This document shows positions 1-9,152 of a stretch of DNA of 64,000 bases, piece by piece. A model generated the notes under the pieces. It made no database searches. It had not been told where the DNA came from and saw nothing but the letters and a program-made list of their open reading frames with translations. Made by a program: the position numbers and the translations under genes. Origin of the DNA: Peptococcaceae bacterium BICA1-8 (GTDB lineage Bacteria > Bacillota > Peptococcia > Peptococcales > BICA1-8); contig JUEF01000018.1 of assembly GCA_000802045.1 (NCBI GenBank), positions 3,823 to 67,822 of the forward strand, read 5' to 3'. The stretch's first letter is position 1, and each line of letters starts with the position of its first letter.

Positions 1-914
1 CAACCTCCATTATCAAAAATTAGTATATTTCCTTCTCCTGGTAATCCCCGTGGAATCATATGGGCATGGTGTGGTCCAATTATCCAGCCAAGTTCTTTAA
101 GTTCCTTACTAGTATTGTAATCTGGGCCAACTTTCCAAACTACTTTACCTGTTTTTTTATCTATGATAGCTATAATATTTGTCTCTCTTCCATCCCAAAT
201 AATATTATCTGGATGAAAACGTTTATCTCCAGCATCATACCATTTGTTAGGGCCTAATAGAGACATGGAATTAATGTGCATCCAATCTCCCATGCCCCCT
301 CCCGTTGATCTCATATTGGGGTCACGGGAAAGAATGTTTTTAGCTTCTTCACTAAAACCGAAACTATCAAAGTGATCACTGCAAGTCCATTCCCAGATAA
401 TATTTCCATCCCAATCGACCTCAATAATTGTATCGTCTAGAAGATTTTTATCTGAAATCTTAGAATTCTTTACGTTTTTATGACACAATATTAATGTATT
501 ACCTTTATCAACAAAGGGGTCCATTTCAGGCACATAATATCCTACAGGATTCCCTTCCCTTTGGTAATCATGATGTAGTCTAGCCATCCACTGAGGCTCT
601 TCACCAGGATCTTCAATAAATTCATATTGATTAAATTTCCAGACAATATTACCATCCCAATCTACTTGTACTAAATCAAGTCTATCTTGCATACCATAAG
701 CATTATTTCTTTCCCCGGTATGACCGAGTACATAGCCCCCAGGTAATATTTTATTTGGAAAACCATCTAATCCTTTCCAAAGCTGAATTTCTCCACCATT
801 CATGTCAATTAATAATGCGCCCAGTTCTCTAGCTTGGAATATGGTATAACCATTCCAGCATTTTTCAGGATTATAAATTGTCGCTCCTGTAGGGTAAACA
901 CTTGGATATGACAT
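1..914 (-). CDS. Aryl-sulfate sulfotransferase (ASST)-like beta-propeller protein, 3' end runs off the window
   Basis: Not in the ORF track. Manual translation from ATG at 914 (RBS GGGAGGAGA) gives MSYPSVYPTGATIYNPEKCWNGYTIF...HHDYQREGNP...DWMHINSMSLLG...IIGPHHAHMIP, open to position 1. The HHD, D-W-x-H-x-N and H-x-x-H motifs are typical of ASST-like proteins. No signal peptide. Confidence 0.75.
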   Translation of the reverse strand, partial: MSYPSVYPTGATIYNPEKCWNGYTIFQARELGALLIDMNGGEIQLWKGLDGFPNKILPGGYVLGHTGERNNAYGMQDRLDLVQVDWDGNIVWKFNQYEFIEDPGEEPQWMARLHHDYQREGNPVGYYVPEMDPFVDKGNTLILCHKNVKNSKISDKNLLDDTIIEVDWDGNIIWEWTCSDHFDSFGFSEEAKNILSRDPNMRSTGGGMGDWMHINSMSLLGPNKWYDAGDKRFHPDNIIWDGRETNIIAIIDKKTGKVVWKVGPDYNTSKELKELGWIIGPHHAHMIPRGLPGEGNILIFDNGG

Positions 915-1001
915 TGAATCTCCTCCCTTTATACTATTGAATTTTTAAGTTCCTTATTAATGATGTTTAGTAATATATTAAAGTATGAAAGAAATAATTA
1001 T

Positions 1002-1017
1002 TGTAATTCTAATTACA
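1002..1017. promoter_or_regulatory. Candidate Crp/Fnr-family operator TGTAAT-N4-ATTACA
   Basis: Perfect inverted repeat with a 4-bp spacer in the divergent ASST/Crp intergenic region; a near-identical copy lies at 1882-1897. Confidence 0.55.
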
Positions 1018-1096
1018 TATAAAAGAAATATTATGTAAGATACTATTTTTATTATGCTATAATGAGTAAAATAATTTTTAAAAGGTGTTGATTGCC

Positions 1097-1792
1097 ATGA
1101 GTGATCCAGAAGATTGCGTGAGTTTATCCCTGCTTCCGTGGATTGATTTTAAGGCTGATGATTTTAAATCTTTCTTGAATGGCGGCATAAAAAAATCATA
1201 CTATAAAAATTCTGCAATTGTAGCCCAAGGCGAAAAAATGGATTCTATATTTTATCTACACCAAGGAAAAGTAAAGGTTTTACTCCTTACAGAGAAGGGT
1301 GAAGAAAAGCTTTTTTGGTATGCATCGGAAGGTAATATCATTGGGGATGTACCCTTTTTCCATTTGTATCCTTCAAACGCTGCAATTATTGCTGAAACAG
1401 ATTGTGAAGTATATTCCTATGATAGGAAAACGTTTTTGGGAATTCTTCATGCTAACCCAGAATTTGCTGATTATATGTTAAGTATAATGGCGAAGAAGAT
1501 TAGAGTATTAATAAATCAAGTCCAGGATATTAGCTTTAATAATCCTACAAAAAGAATAAGTAAGCTGTTGTATCTTCTTACTCAACAATTTGGGGAAAAG
1601 TCTGATACAGGTGGTACAGAAATTAATTTAAGTATTACTCATAAAGAAATTGCATCTATTACATGCGTTCATAGGGTAACGGCAACAAATGTCCTAAGTA
1701 TTTTGAAAAATGAAGGAATAATAAGTAAATCAGATTCTGGCAACATAATAGTTGTTGATAGTGCTAGACTTTTTAAATACGCTTTTGATTAA
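1097..1792 (+). CDS. Crp/Fnr family transcriptional regulator (CprK/RdhK-like architecture)
   Basis: cNMP-binding beta-barrel (IVAQGEKMDSIFYLHQGKVKV...EGNIIGD) plus C-terminal HTH (ITHKEIASITCVHRVTATNVLSILKNEGII). ATG at 1097 preferred; GTG at 1085 possible. Confidence 0.9.
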   Translation: MSDPEDCVSLSLLPWIDFKADDFKSFLNGGIKKSYYKNSAIVAQGEKMDSIFYLHQGKVKVLLLTEKGEEKLFWYASEGNIIGDVPFFHLYPSNAAIIAETDCEVYSYDRKTFLGILHANPEFADYMLSIMAKKIRVLINQVQDISFNNPTKRISKLLYLLTQQFGEKSDTGGTEINLSITHKEIASITCVHRVTATNVLSILKNEGIISKSDSGNIIVVDSARLFKYAFD

Positions 1793-1841
1793 GAAACACT
1801 TCCAATAATCATGCTTCATGATTGTATACTATTGTTAAAAT

Positions 1842-1874
1842 AATAAAATCCCCTAAAGTTAAGGGGATTTTATT
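1842..1874 (+). terminator. Rho-independent terminator-like hairpin after the Crp gene
   Basis: AATAAAATCCCCT-aaagtta-AGGGGATTTTATT inverted repeat. Confidence 0.6.
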
Positions 1875-1881
1875 ATTTATA

Positions 1882-1897
1882 TGTAGTTGAAATTACA
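1882..1897. promoter_or_regulatory. Second candidate Crp/Fnr operator TGTAGT-N4-ATTACA
   Basis: One mismatch in the arms relative to the 1002-1017 site; about 70 bp upstream of the NhaC-family start. Confidence 0.5.
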
Positions 1898-1968
1898 TAC
1901 ATATAATTTGGGATGGTTTATCTTAATATTAACAATTAATTATTTTTATCAAACAAAGGAGGTTATTT

Positions 1969-3387
1969 ATGAAAGAGAAGAAAAAACTCCCCTTGTTGCT
2001 TGCGTGCTTGCCTATACTTGTTGTTATCGTCATGGGCCTAATGTCAGTGGTAAAATGGAAAGCAGGCATGCATACCCCCTTAATTGGCAGTATAATCGTT
2101 GCCGCTCTAGTAGGGAAATATATAGGAATTTCCTGGGACGAAATGGAAAAGGGCCTCGTAGAGGGTGTCTCACGGGCTTTGCCGGCATTATTTATTATGT
2201 TAATTGTAGGCACAATTATTGGTTCTTGGATAGCTGGTGGTATAATTCCAACCTTAATTTATTACGGTCTAAAATTAATTAGCCCTAACGTTTTGGTTCC
2301 GGCCGCTGCATTAGTAACAGCAATAGTATCTCTTTCAACTGGAACTTCTTTTACTTCCTTGGCAACGGTAGGTTTGGCTTTAATGGCAACAGGTGTAAGT
2401 ATGGGCTTTCCTGCACCTTTAGTAGCAGGAGCTGTAATATCAGGTGCTTATTTTGGAGATAAGCTATCTCCCCTTTCTGATACAACGAACCTTGCACCGG
2501 CAATGGTTGGGTGCACACTTTTTGAACATGTCGGGCATATGCTATGGGATACTATTCCGGCATTTCTTATATCTCTTATAATGTACTACTTTATTGGTTT
2601 GAAGTACGCTACATCCTCAATGGTGCAACCAGAACAAATCCAAGCAATTTTTACCGGTTTAGAAAATTCTTTTACAATTAGTCCACTGTTATTATTAATA
2701 CCTATTATTACTATAATACTCGCAATTAAAAAGGTTCCTGCGATCCCAGCTTTAGTCTGTGTATCATTTTTAGGGGTCCTTTGTGCTATGTTTTTCCAAG
2801 GTGTTAGTTTTGGGGGCATCTTAAATGCAGTGACCTCTGGTTACAAGAGTAACACAGAAATAGCAATGGTTGATAGCCTATTATCCCGTGGTGGAATTGT
2901 TTCTATGGGTGGAACAATAATTCTTCTCACTTTTGCAACTGCTTTAGGTGGTATATTAGAAAAAATAGGCTCCTTGGAAGTTATACTTAATTCTATAATG
3001 AAAAGAGTTAAATCAAATGGTCAGCTTATGTTAGCAACTTTATTTAGTGGTTTAGCGATTGCTTTTGCAACCGGTGCTCAACTATTGGCAGTTATTGTAC
3101 CCGCAAGAATGTTTGTTCCAGCCTTCAAGGAGAGAAATCTGCATCCTAAAAATCTTTCTAGAGCTGCAGAAGCAGCTGGGACAGTTGGTATCAACTTAGT
3201 TCCTTGGAGTGTTCCGGCAATTTTTGCTCACAATATTCTAGGAGTTGAACCTATTCAGTTTATACCATATATTTTCTTTGCGTATTTAGTAATAATTATA
3301 AATGCTATTTATGGCTATACCGGTTTCTCAATTGCAAAAATATCAGAAGATGGTGTAGGATCAGCAGATTTAAATATTAAAGCATAA
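1969..3387 (+). CDS. nhaC: NhaC-family Na+/H+ antiporter / amino-acid transporter
   Basis: About 12 hydrophobic segments; GTSFTSLATVG and AVISGAYFGDKLSPLSDTTNLA signatures of the NhaC family; RBS AAGGAGG. Confidence 0.85.
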   Translation: MKEKKKLPLLLACLPILVVIVMGLMSVVKWKAGMHTPLIGSIIVAALVGKYIGISWDEMEKGLVEGVSRALPALFIMLIVGTIIGSWIAGGIIPTLIYYGLKLISPNVLVPAAALVTAIVSLSTGTSFTSLATVGLALMATGVSMGFPAPLVAGAVISGAYFGDKLSPLSDTTNLAPAMVGCTLFEHVGHMLWDTIPAFLISLIMYYFIGLKYATSSMVQPEQIQAIFTGLENSFTISPLLLLIPIITIILAIKKVPAIPALVCVSFLGVLCAMFFQGVSFGGILNAVTSGYKSNTEIAMVDSLLSRGGIVSMGGTIILLTFATALGGILEKIGSLEVILNSIMKRVKSNGQLMLATLFSGLAIAFATGAQLLAVIVPARMFVPAFKERNLHPKNLSRAAEAAGTVGINLVPWSVPAIFAHNILGVEPIQFIPYIFFAYLVIIINAIYGYTGFSIAKISEDGVGSADLNIKA

Positions 3388-3437
3388 TTTTCTCTAAGAT
3401 ATGTCTTTTTGGAACTTCACTTAAGTGCTAGTATAAT

Positions 3438-3479
3438 AAGGCGATAGTTTAGCAGATATTTATGCTAAACTATCGCCTT
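3438..3479 (+). terminator. Terminator hairpin after nhaC
   Basis: AAGGCGATAGTTTAGCA-8nt-TGCTAAACTATCGCCTT followed by T-rich sequence. Confidence 0.7.
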
Positions 3480-3630
3480 TATTTCGTATAATTTAATTGG
3501 ACTGTCATAATAAACAAAGAGCAAGCTTAAATAAGCCTGCTCTCATTATCAAAAAATTCTATAATAAATAATATTTGATAATTCTAATAATTTATCAGAA
3601 ATAATAGCTTACTTCGGAGTAAGGGTGGGT

Positions 3631-3798
3631 TTACAAAATCACGGTTCCTATTGGGTATGTAAAAATTTGCAACTCCCAACCGGTACTATGCTTTTCTTGT
3701 TCTGTAACATATGTTTCTGCCTCATGCTTATCATAAAAAACCTTGTCTGGAGAAACAACGCCGTTAGTATCTACAAGCTTCACAAAAAATTCATACAT
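3631..3798 (-). CDS. Small hypothetical protein (55 aa)
   Basis: Below the ORF-track cutoff. MYEFFVKLVDTNGVVSPDKVFYDKHEAETYVTEQEKHSTGWELQIFTYPIGTVIL*, with RBS AAAGGAGTGA. Confidence 0.6.
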   Translation of the reverse strand: MYEFFVKLVDTNGVVSPDKVFYDKHEAETYVTEQEKHSTGWELQIFTYPIGTVIL

Positions 3799-4065
3799 AT
3801 TTAATCACTCCTTTAATCTTATTATAACCTATATTCAAGAAAATAATATCTGAAAAGTCAGGCAATTTGCACAAAATATTGTTATACATAAGATAAGAAA
3901 AGTTTATTCTATTATAGAACTCTTCATGCTATACGGCGATTCTCTCCATATGTCATAAGCTAGTGTGTGATTAATCTCCATACCGGTTTTCTCTTTGCTA
4001 TCTGTGAGGAGAAATAATAGGATAAATCCTGTGGGCGAGTTGACAATATGGCAAGGAACCAAAAT

Positions 4066-4097
4066 TTAGGAAGGGTGGCGATTGCCACCCTTCCTAA
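4066..4097. terminator. GC-rich hairpin downstream of the IclR gene
   Basis: TTAGGAAGGGTGGC-GATT-GCCACCCTTCCTAA, a perfect 14-bp stem. Confidence 0.55.
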
Positions 4098-4189
4098 GAT
4101 GTATGGGGGCTACTATTTAGTGCTATTTGTTAATTTATTGACTTTAATTATGACGGTGCATAAAGAAAAGATTAGCTTGTCATTCTTTT

Positions 4190-4969
4190 TTATGCACTAA
4201 AACTAGACAGGGATCCTATCTGTTGGGACAGCAGCTCAGCTGATCTTTTTAGTTTGGGGATATAATGGATTATCAAGTCCTGAGTGTAGCGGGACATAGG
4301 ACCGGCTATACTTAAGGAAGCTACCACAGATTCTAGACTGTTAAAAACAGGGATGGCAATCTCCCAAGAGTCAGGGCAAAGTTCTTCCATACTCAAGGTA
4401 TATCCGTGGGCTCTGGTAGTTTTTATTTTGTCCCAAATATTTTCGATAGTCGCTGGTGTATTTGGAGTAAACTGCTCTATGGGATGGTTTAATAAATAAT
4501 CATGAATTTTCTCATCGGATAAATAGGTTAAAAGAATTCTGCCGCTAGCTCCTGCATAGAGGGGTGTGCGGCGTCCCTTTTTTGTATAGAGTCGTACCGG
4601 ATGGTCGGTATCGATTTTCTCAAAGTACATCGCTTCATTTTCTATTCGAATGGTCAAATGGATAGCTTCATTTATTTCAGCCTTTAATTCTTTCATGATA
4701 GGTAGTGCAGCATTACTTAGATCAAAGTTTTGGTAAACACGCATTCCTAGTTCAAAAATCTTAATGCCTAGTCTATAACGGCGATCATCGTTATATTCAT
4801 GACACCTGCACACAAGTCCGCAATCTTCTAAGCTTGTTAGTAAACGATGAACAGTACCTTTTGGGTAACTGCTAAGTCGAACTAGTTCGTTTAATCCAAG
4901 GTTTGGTCTATCAGTTGTAAAAAAATCTAATAGTTTGATAGCTTTAATAATATTATTTTCCACTGGCAT
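4190..4969 (-). CDS. IclR family transcriptional regulator (KipR-like position)
   Basis: N-terminal HTH (LGLNELVRLSSYPKGTVHRLLTSL), RYRLG, PLYAGASGR effector domain; divergent from the TRAP-pxp operon. Confidence 0.9.
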   Translation of the reverse strand: MPVENNIIKAIKLLDFFTTDRPNLGLNELVRLSSYPKGTVHRLLTSLEDCGLVCRCHEYNDDRRYRLGIKIFELGMRVYQNFDLSNAALPIMKELKAEINEAIHLTIRIENEAMYFEKIDTDHPVRLYTKKGRRTPLYAGASGRILLTYLSDEKIHDYLLNHPIEQFTPNTPATIENIWDKIKTTRAHGYTLSMEELCPDSWEIAIPVFNSLESVVASLSIAGPMSRYTQDLIIHYIPKLKRSAELLSQQIGSLSSFSA

Positions 4970-5097
4970 GTTATTCCCCTATCAATATTATTTATTAGGA
5001 TTATAGCATATTTTTCTAGTAAGCTAGTAGTTAAATTTATGTATATTGTATAATTTTCAGAAAATGGACCAGGGGTCTAGATAATACTATATACCTG

Positions 5098-5110
5098 TTG
5101 TATAATACAA
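5098..5110. promoter_or_regulatory. Candidate IclR operator palindrome TTGTAT-A-ATACAA
   Basis: Perfect palindrome, extended by flanking CCTGT/ACAGG (5094-5116), between the divergent IclR and TRAP genes; contains TATAAT. Confidence 0.4.
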
Positions 5111-5284
5111 GACAGGAACTTTTTTTATGTGCTACATTAGTCAAAAGATTCATATCATAAAGATTCATACATAAAGATTTTAATGCTTATTAAGGGGGGA
5201 TAAGTAACGCGGGGATTAGCTTCTTTTCAGTTAGATTTAAGTATGAAATAAAAATAAGAAGATAAAAAATAGGGGGAGTTTATA

Positions 5285-6322
5285 ATGGTTAAGAAATCGC
5301 GTCTTATAACATTAATTCTGTTTTTAGTTGTTTTTTCAATGGTTATTACTGCTTGTGGTGGAAGCAAACCTGTAGAAGAGAAAAAACCTGAAGATGTTAA
5401 GCCTGTACAATGGATAGCAAATACTGTGTACCCTCCCAATAATCATCACAGTGTTGGCTTAGTTGAATTTGCTGAAAAAGTAAAGACAGCAACCAATGGA
5501 AAAGTAGATATAACCGTTCAAAGCGGTGGTGCTTTAGGTTATAAAGGTCCAGAGTTATTAAAAGTAGTTCGGGATGGACTTGTTCCTATGTCTGATATTT
5601 TAGTTAGTGGTGTAGCTGGAGATGAGCCTCTTTTTGAGACTGTTACTCTTCCTTTCCTTATTCAAAGTTTTGAGGAAGGCAAAATCTTAAATGATATAGC
5701 CCGTCCATATTTTGATCAAGCAGCAACAAAGTGGAATCAAAAAATTCTTTATGTGGCACCTTGGCCTGCAGCAGGAGTTTGGTCGAAAGAAGAAGTAAAA
5801 TCCTTGGCTGATATGAAAGGCTTAAAAACCCGGACTTATGACAAGAATGGTGCTTTAGTTGTGGAAGCTGTGGGAGCTACTCCATATCCCCTGCCTTTCA
5901 GCGAGGTATACTCATCCTTGGCAACAGGAGTAATTGACTCTGTTCTAACCTCTACACCTACTGCAGTAGATGCTAAGTTCTGGGAAGTGTTAAAATATTA
6001 TGCACCCGTCAATGTTACTATGGCCACTAATATGGTGACAGTGAACCTTAAAGAATTTGAGAAATTAGATAAGGAAACCCAAGATACTTTAGTTAAACTA
6101 GGTAAAGAAATGGAAGAAAGCATGTGGAAAATGGTTGCTGAATTAGACAAAGAAAAGGAAAAATTGTGTAATGATAATGGTATTATTACTGTTCAGCCTA
6201 GCAAAGAATTCCTCAATGATTTATCGGTAATTACTACAAACATTAGGGAGGACTGGTTAAAAACTGCACCTCCTGAGGCAAAAGAGGTAATTGAAAAGTT
6301 TAATAAGCAGGTGGGTCGTTAA
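5285..6322 (+). CDS. dctP: TRAP transporter substrate-binding lipoprotein DctP
   Basis: Lipobox VITACGG; DMKGLKTR, PFSEVYSSLATGVID motifs. Confidence 0.9.
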   Translation: MVKKSRLITLILFLVVFSMVITACGGSKPVEEKKPEDVKPVQWIANTVYPPNNHHSVGLVEFAEKVKTATNGKVDITVQSGGALGYKGPELLKVVRDGLVPMSDILVSGVAGDEPLFETVTLPFLIQSFEEGKILNDIARPYFDQAATKWNQKILYVAPWPAAGVWSKEEVKSLADMKGLKTRTYDKNGALVVEAVGATPYPLPFSEVYSSLATGVIDSVLTSTPTAVDAKFWEVLKYYAPVNVTMATNMVTVNLKEFEKLDKETQDTLVKLGKEMEESMWKMVAELDKEKEKLCNDNGIITVQPSKEFLNDLSVITTNIREDWLKTAPPEAKEVIEKFNKQVGR

Positions 6323-6462
6323 TTAGTGTAAACAGGAGCAGCCGACATACCATGGTTTGTCTGCTGCTCTATTTTCTTAATTGAAAAATGGTATTTATAG
6401 ATATAATTAAATGCTATTTCTAATCTTTGAGACTGGTTTATGTCTTTTTAGGAGAGATGTGG

Positions 6463-6999
6463 ATGATGGAAAAAATTATTCGCTGGTGTGACCGAATTAC
6501 CCAGATTTTCGGATTTTTAGCTGGCTTTATGATGCTAATTGGTCTTTCCCTTGTGATTATGGAGGTTATTTTAAGGTCTGTTTTTAATAAAACCTTATAT
6601 ATAACTGAAGAATATTCCGGTTATCTCATGGTTGCCATCACCTTTATGGCCTTAGCTTATACCTTGAAGGAAAAAGGACATATCCGTATGACCTTTCTCC
6701 ATGGTTTGGTTAAGGGAAGGGCACGGATAGTTCTAGATATGTATAGTTATTTAATTGGGTTTGTCTTTTTTGCTATAATTACCGGAACTACCTATAATTT
6801 TTTCTGGGATGCGGTAGTTACTCAAAGTCGGTCAATGCAAATATCTTCAACTTATCTGGCTGTTCCTCAGTTTTTTATGCCTTTAGGATGTTTCGTTATT
6901 ACTCTACAGTTTTTAGCGGAATTTCTGCGGTCCGTCATGGTTCTGCGTTCAGGAGCAGTCATTGAACAGCCAGTAGAGTCCAATACCCTGGGACGTTAA
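6463..6999 (+). CDS. dctQ: TRAP transporter small permease DctQ
   Basis: Four TM segments, EEYSGYL and GHIRMT motifs; start uncertain (ATG 6457/6463/6466). Confidence 0.88.
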   Translation: MMEKIIRWCDRITQIFGFLAGFMMLIGLSLVIMEVILRSVFNKTLYITEEYSGYLMVAITFMALAYTLKEKGHIRMTFLHGLVKGRARIVLDMYSYLIGFVFFAIITGTTYNFFWDAVVTQSRSMQISSTYLAVPQFFMPLGCFVITLQFLAEFLRSVMVLRSGAVIEQPVESNTLGR

Positions 7000-7040
7000 C
7001 TATATAGAAAGATAATCTTTAATAAGGGGGGATTTGAGCT

Positions 7041-8342
7041 TTGAGTCTATTTATTGTATCTATAACTATATTGGGTCTATTAGCCTTATTTCTTGGAACT
7101 ACTATTTGGGTTGGATTATCATTATTTTTAGTAGGTATGGCTGCATTTTCCCTTTTTACCGGTAGTCCACCTTTTCTTATATTGAATAATATTTTGTGGA
7201 ATAGTACAAGCAGTTCCACCATGATGGCTTTGCCTTTATTTATTTTTATGGGTGAGATACTCTTCCGCAGTAAGATTTCTGAGAACTTATTTAAAGGGTT
7301 ATCTCCATGGTTGAATAATCTTCCAGGAAGCTTAATTCACGTTAATATTGTCGCCTGTACTCTTTTCGCTGCTGTCAGTGGTTCATCTGCTGCTACTACA
7401 GCAACTGTGGGTAAGATTACCTTGCCGGAACTAATGAAAAGAGACTTTGATAAAGCCCTCTGCCTGGGTTCATTGGCCGGAGCTGGAACATTGGGCTTCT
7501 TAATTCCTCCTAGTATGATGATGCTGGTTTATGGTATCGTGGCTGAGGTTAGTATTGGTAAGTTATTTATTGCCGGTGTTCTGCCTGGCCTCATATTGGC
7601 TAGTGCTTTTAGCGGATATACAATTCTCCGGTGTATTAAAAATCCATCATTAGCACCTGTCAGAGAAGTTGAATATACCTGGACTGATCGATTGGAAACA
7701 ATTCCCCAGCTTTTACCGGTAATTGGCTTGATTGTTTTAGTGCTGGGGAGTATATATACAGGATGGGCTACCCCTTCTGAGGCAGCCGCAGTAGGTGTGG
7801 TTGGGGCCCTAATTTTTGCGGGACTTTCCCGTAGCCTAAATTTCAATGTTTTTAGGGAATCTGTTTTGGGATCGGTAAAAACCAGCTGTATGATTATGCT
7901 GATAGTTTGCGGAGCATCTTTCTTGTCAGTGGCCGTAGGTTACTTAGGTATTCCAGCTAAGCTGACTCAATTTATCGGGACCCTAGGGCTATCAAAATAT
8001 GAGTTGATTTTTATCCTTTCAATTATGTATTTAGTTTTGGGATGTTTGTTGGATGGATTTTCAATGATTGTAATGAGTCTTCCATTAGCTTTACCTCTGA
8101 TTTTGGCGGCAGGTTTTGATCCACTATGGTTTGGGATTTACCTGATCATCATGATTGAGGTAGCACAGATTACACCACCAATAGGTTTTAACCTTTTTGT
8201 CATAAATGGCCTTGTCAATGAGAGTATCTTCAAAATTGCTTTGTATGCACTGCCTTCCTTTATTATATTGCTCCTTGTGGTGGTAGTTATAACCGTTTAT
8301 CCGGAAATAGTTCTCAAACTGCCCAATATGATGATAAGGTAG
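7041..8342 (+). CDS. dctM: TRAP transporter large permease DctM
   Basis: ALPLFIFMGEIL, FAAVSGSSAAT, GTLGFLIPPS, ATPSEAAAVG, QITPPIGFNLFV. Confidence 0.92.
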   Translation: MSLFIVSITILGLLALFLGTTIWVGLSLFLVGMAAFSLFTGSPPFLILNNILWNSTSSSTMMALPLFIFMGEILFRSKISENLFKGLSPWLNNLPGSLIHVNIVACTLFAAVSGSSAATTATVGKITLPELMKRDFDKALCLGSLAGAGTLGFLIPPSMMMLVYGIVAEVSIGKLFIAGVLPGLILASAFSGYTILRCIKNPSLAPVREVEYTWTDRLETIPQLLPVIGLIVLVLGSIYTGWATPSEAAAVGVVGALIFAGLSRSLNFNVFRESVLGSVKTSCMIMLIVCGASFLSVAVGYLGIPAKLTQFIGTLGLSKYELIFILSIMYLVLGCLLDGFSMIVMSLPLALPLILAAGFDPLWFGIYLIIMIEVAQITPPIGFNLFVINGLVNESIFKIALYALPSFIILLLVVVVITVYPEIVLKLPNMMIR

Positions 8343-8382
8343 ATAGGACGGATACCAATTAGATATTTAAGGAGGGGAAGAA

Positions 8383-9147
8383 TTGGCTCGGGTTGATTTA
8401 AACAGTGATCTTGGGGAGAGTTTTGGAATTTATAAAATAGGGAATGATGAAGCAGTTATCTCCTATGTAACTTCAGTGAATATTGCTTGTGGATTTCATG
8501 CTGGTGATCCTTTGGTTATGGAAGATACAGTAAAAAAAGCTTTAGAAAATAATGTAGCAGTTGGTGCCCATCCTGGTTTCCCTGATTTATTGGGGTTTGG
8601 GAGGCGTAATATGGTTATTAGCCCCAGGGAAGCAAAGGCTTATATAATTTATCAAGTCAGTGCCCTTAATGGTTTTGTAAAGGCTTTAGGTGGCGAAATG
8701 CAGCATGTTAAGCCCCACGGGGCCCTTTATAATATGGCGGCAAAAGACTATAAGTTGGCGAGGGCGATAGCAGAAGGAGTCTTTGCAGTGGACAGGGAGA
8801 TAATATTAATGGGGTTAGCAGGCTCGCAACTGATTAAAGCTGGAAAGGAAATTGGGTTGCGCACAGCCAGTGAGGTATTTGCTGATCGACATTATACTTC
8901 TGAGGGAGTCCTTGTCTCCCGAGAGATAGCGGGATCAGTTATCCATGATAAGGAAGAGGCAGCTGAACGGGTGCTGGAGATGGTTCTCCAGGGACAAGTA
9001 TCAGCTCTAGATGGCGGAAAAATAAATTTACAAGCAGATAGTATCTGTGTCCATGGGGACAACCAAGAGGCTAAAGAGTTAGTAGAGCATATCAGAAAGG
9101 TCCTTAATGATGCCGGCATAAAGGTAATGGCTTTAAAGCAGAGGTGA
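8383..9147 (+). CDS. pxpA: 5-oxoprolinase subunit A (LamB/YcsF)
   Basis: VDLNSDLGESFG, NIACGFHAGDP, GAHPGFPD, HVKPHGALYN, SICVHGDN. Confidence 0.95.
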   Translation: MARVDLNSDLGESFGIYKIGNDEAVISYVTSVNIACGFHAGDPLVMEDTVKKALENNVAVGAHPGFPDLLGFGRRNMVISPREAKAYIIYQVSALNGFVKALGGEMQHVKPHGALYNMAAKDYKLARAIAEGVFAVDREIILMGLAGSQLIKAGKEIGLRTASEVFADRHYTSEGVLVSREIAGSVIHDKEEAAERVLEMVLQGQVSALDGGKINLQADSICVHGDNQEAKELVEHIRKVLNDAGIKVMALKQR

Positions 9148-9152
9148 GACAG

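Noticed and set aside
3917-4060. 6S RNA, glycine riboswitch or T-box
   Set aside because: No convincing end-to-end pairing or consensus motifs on either strand by eye; kept only as a low-interest finding.
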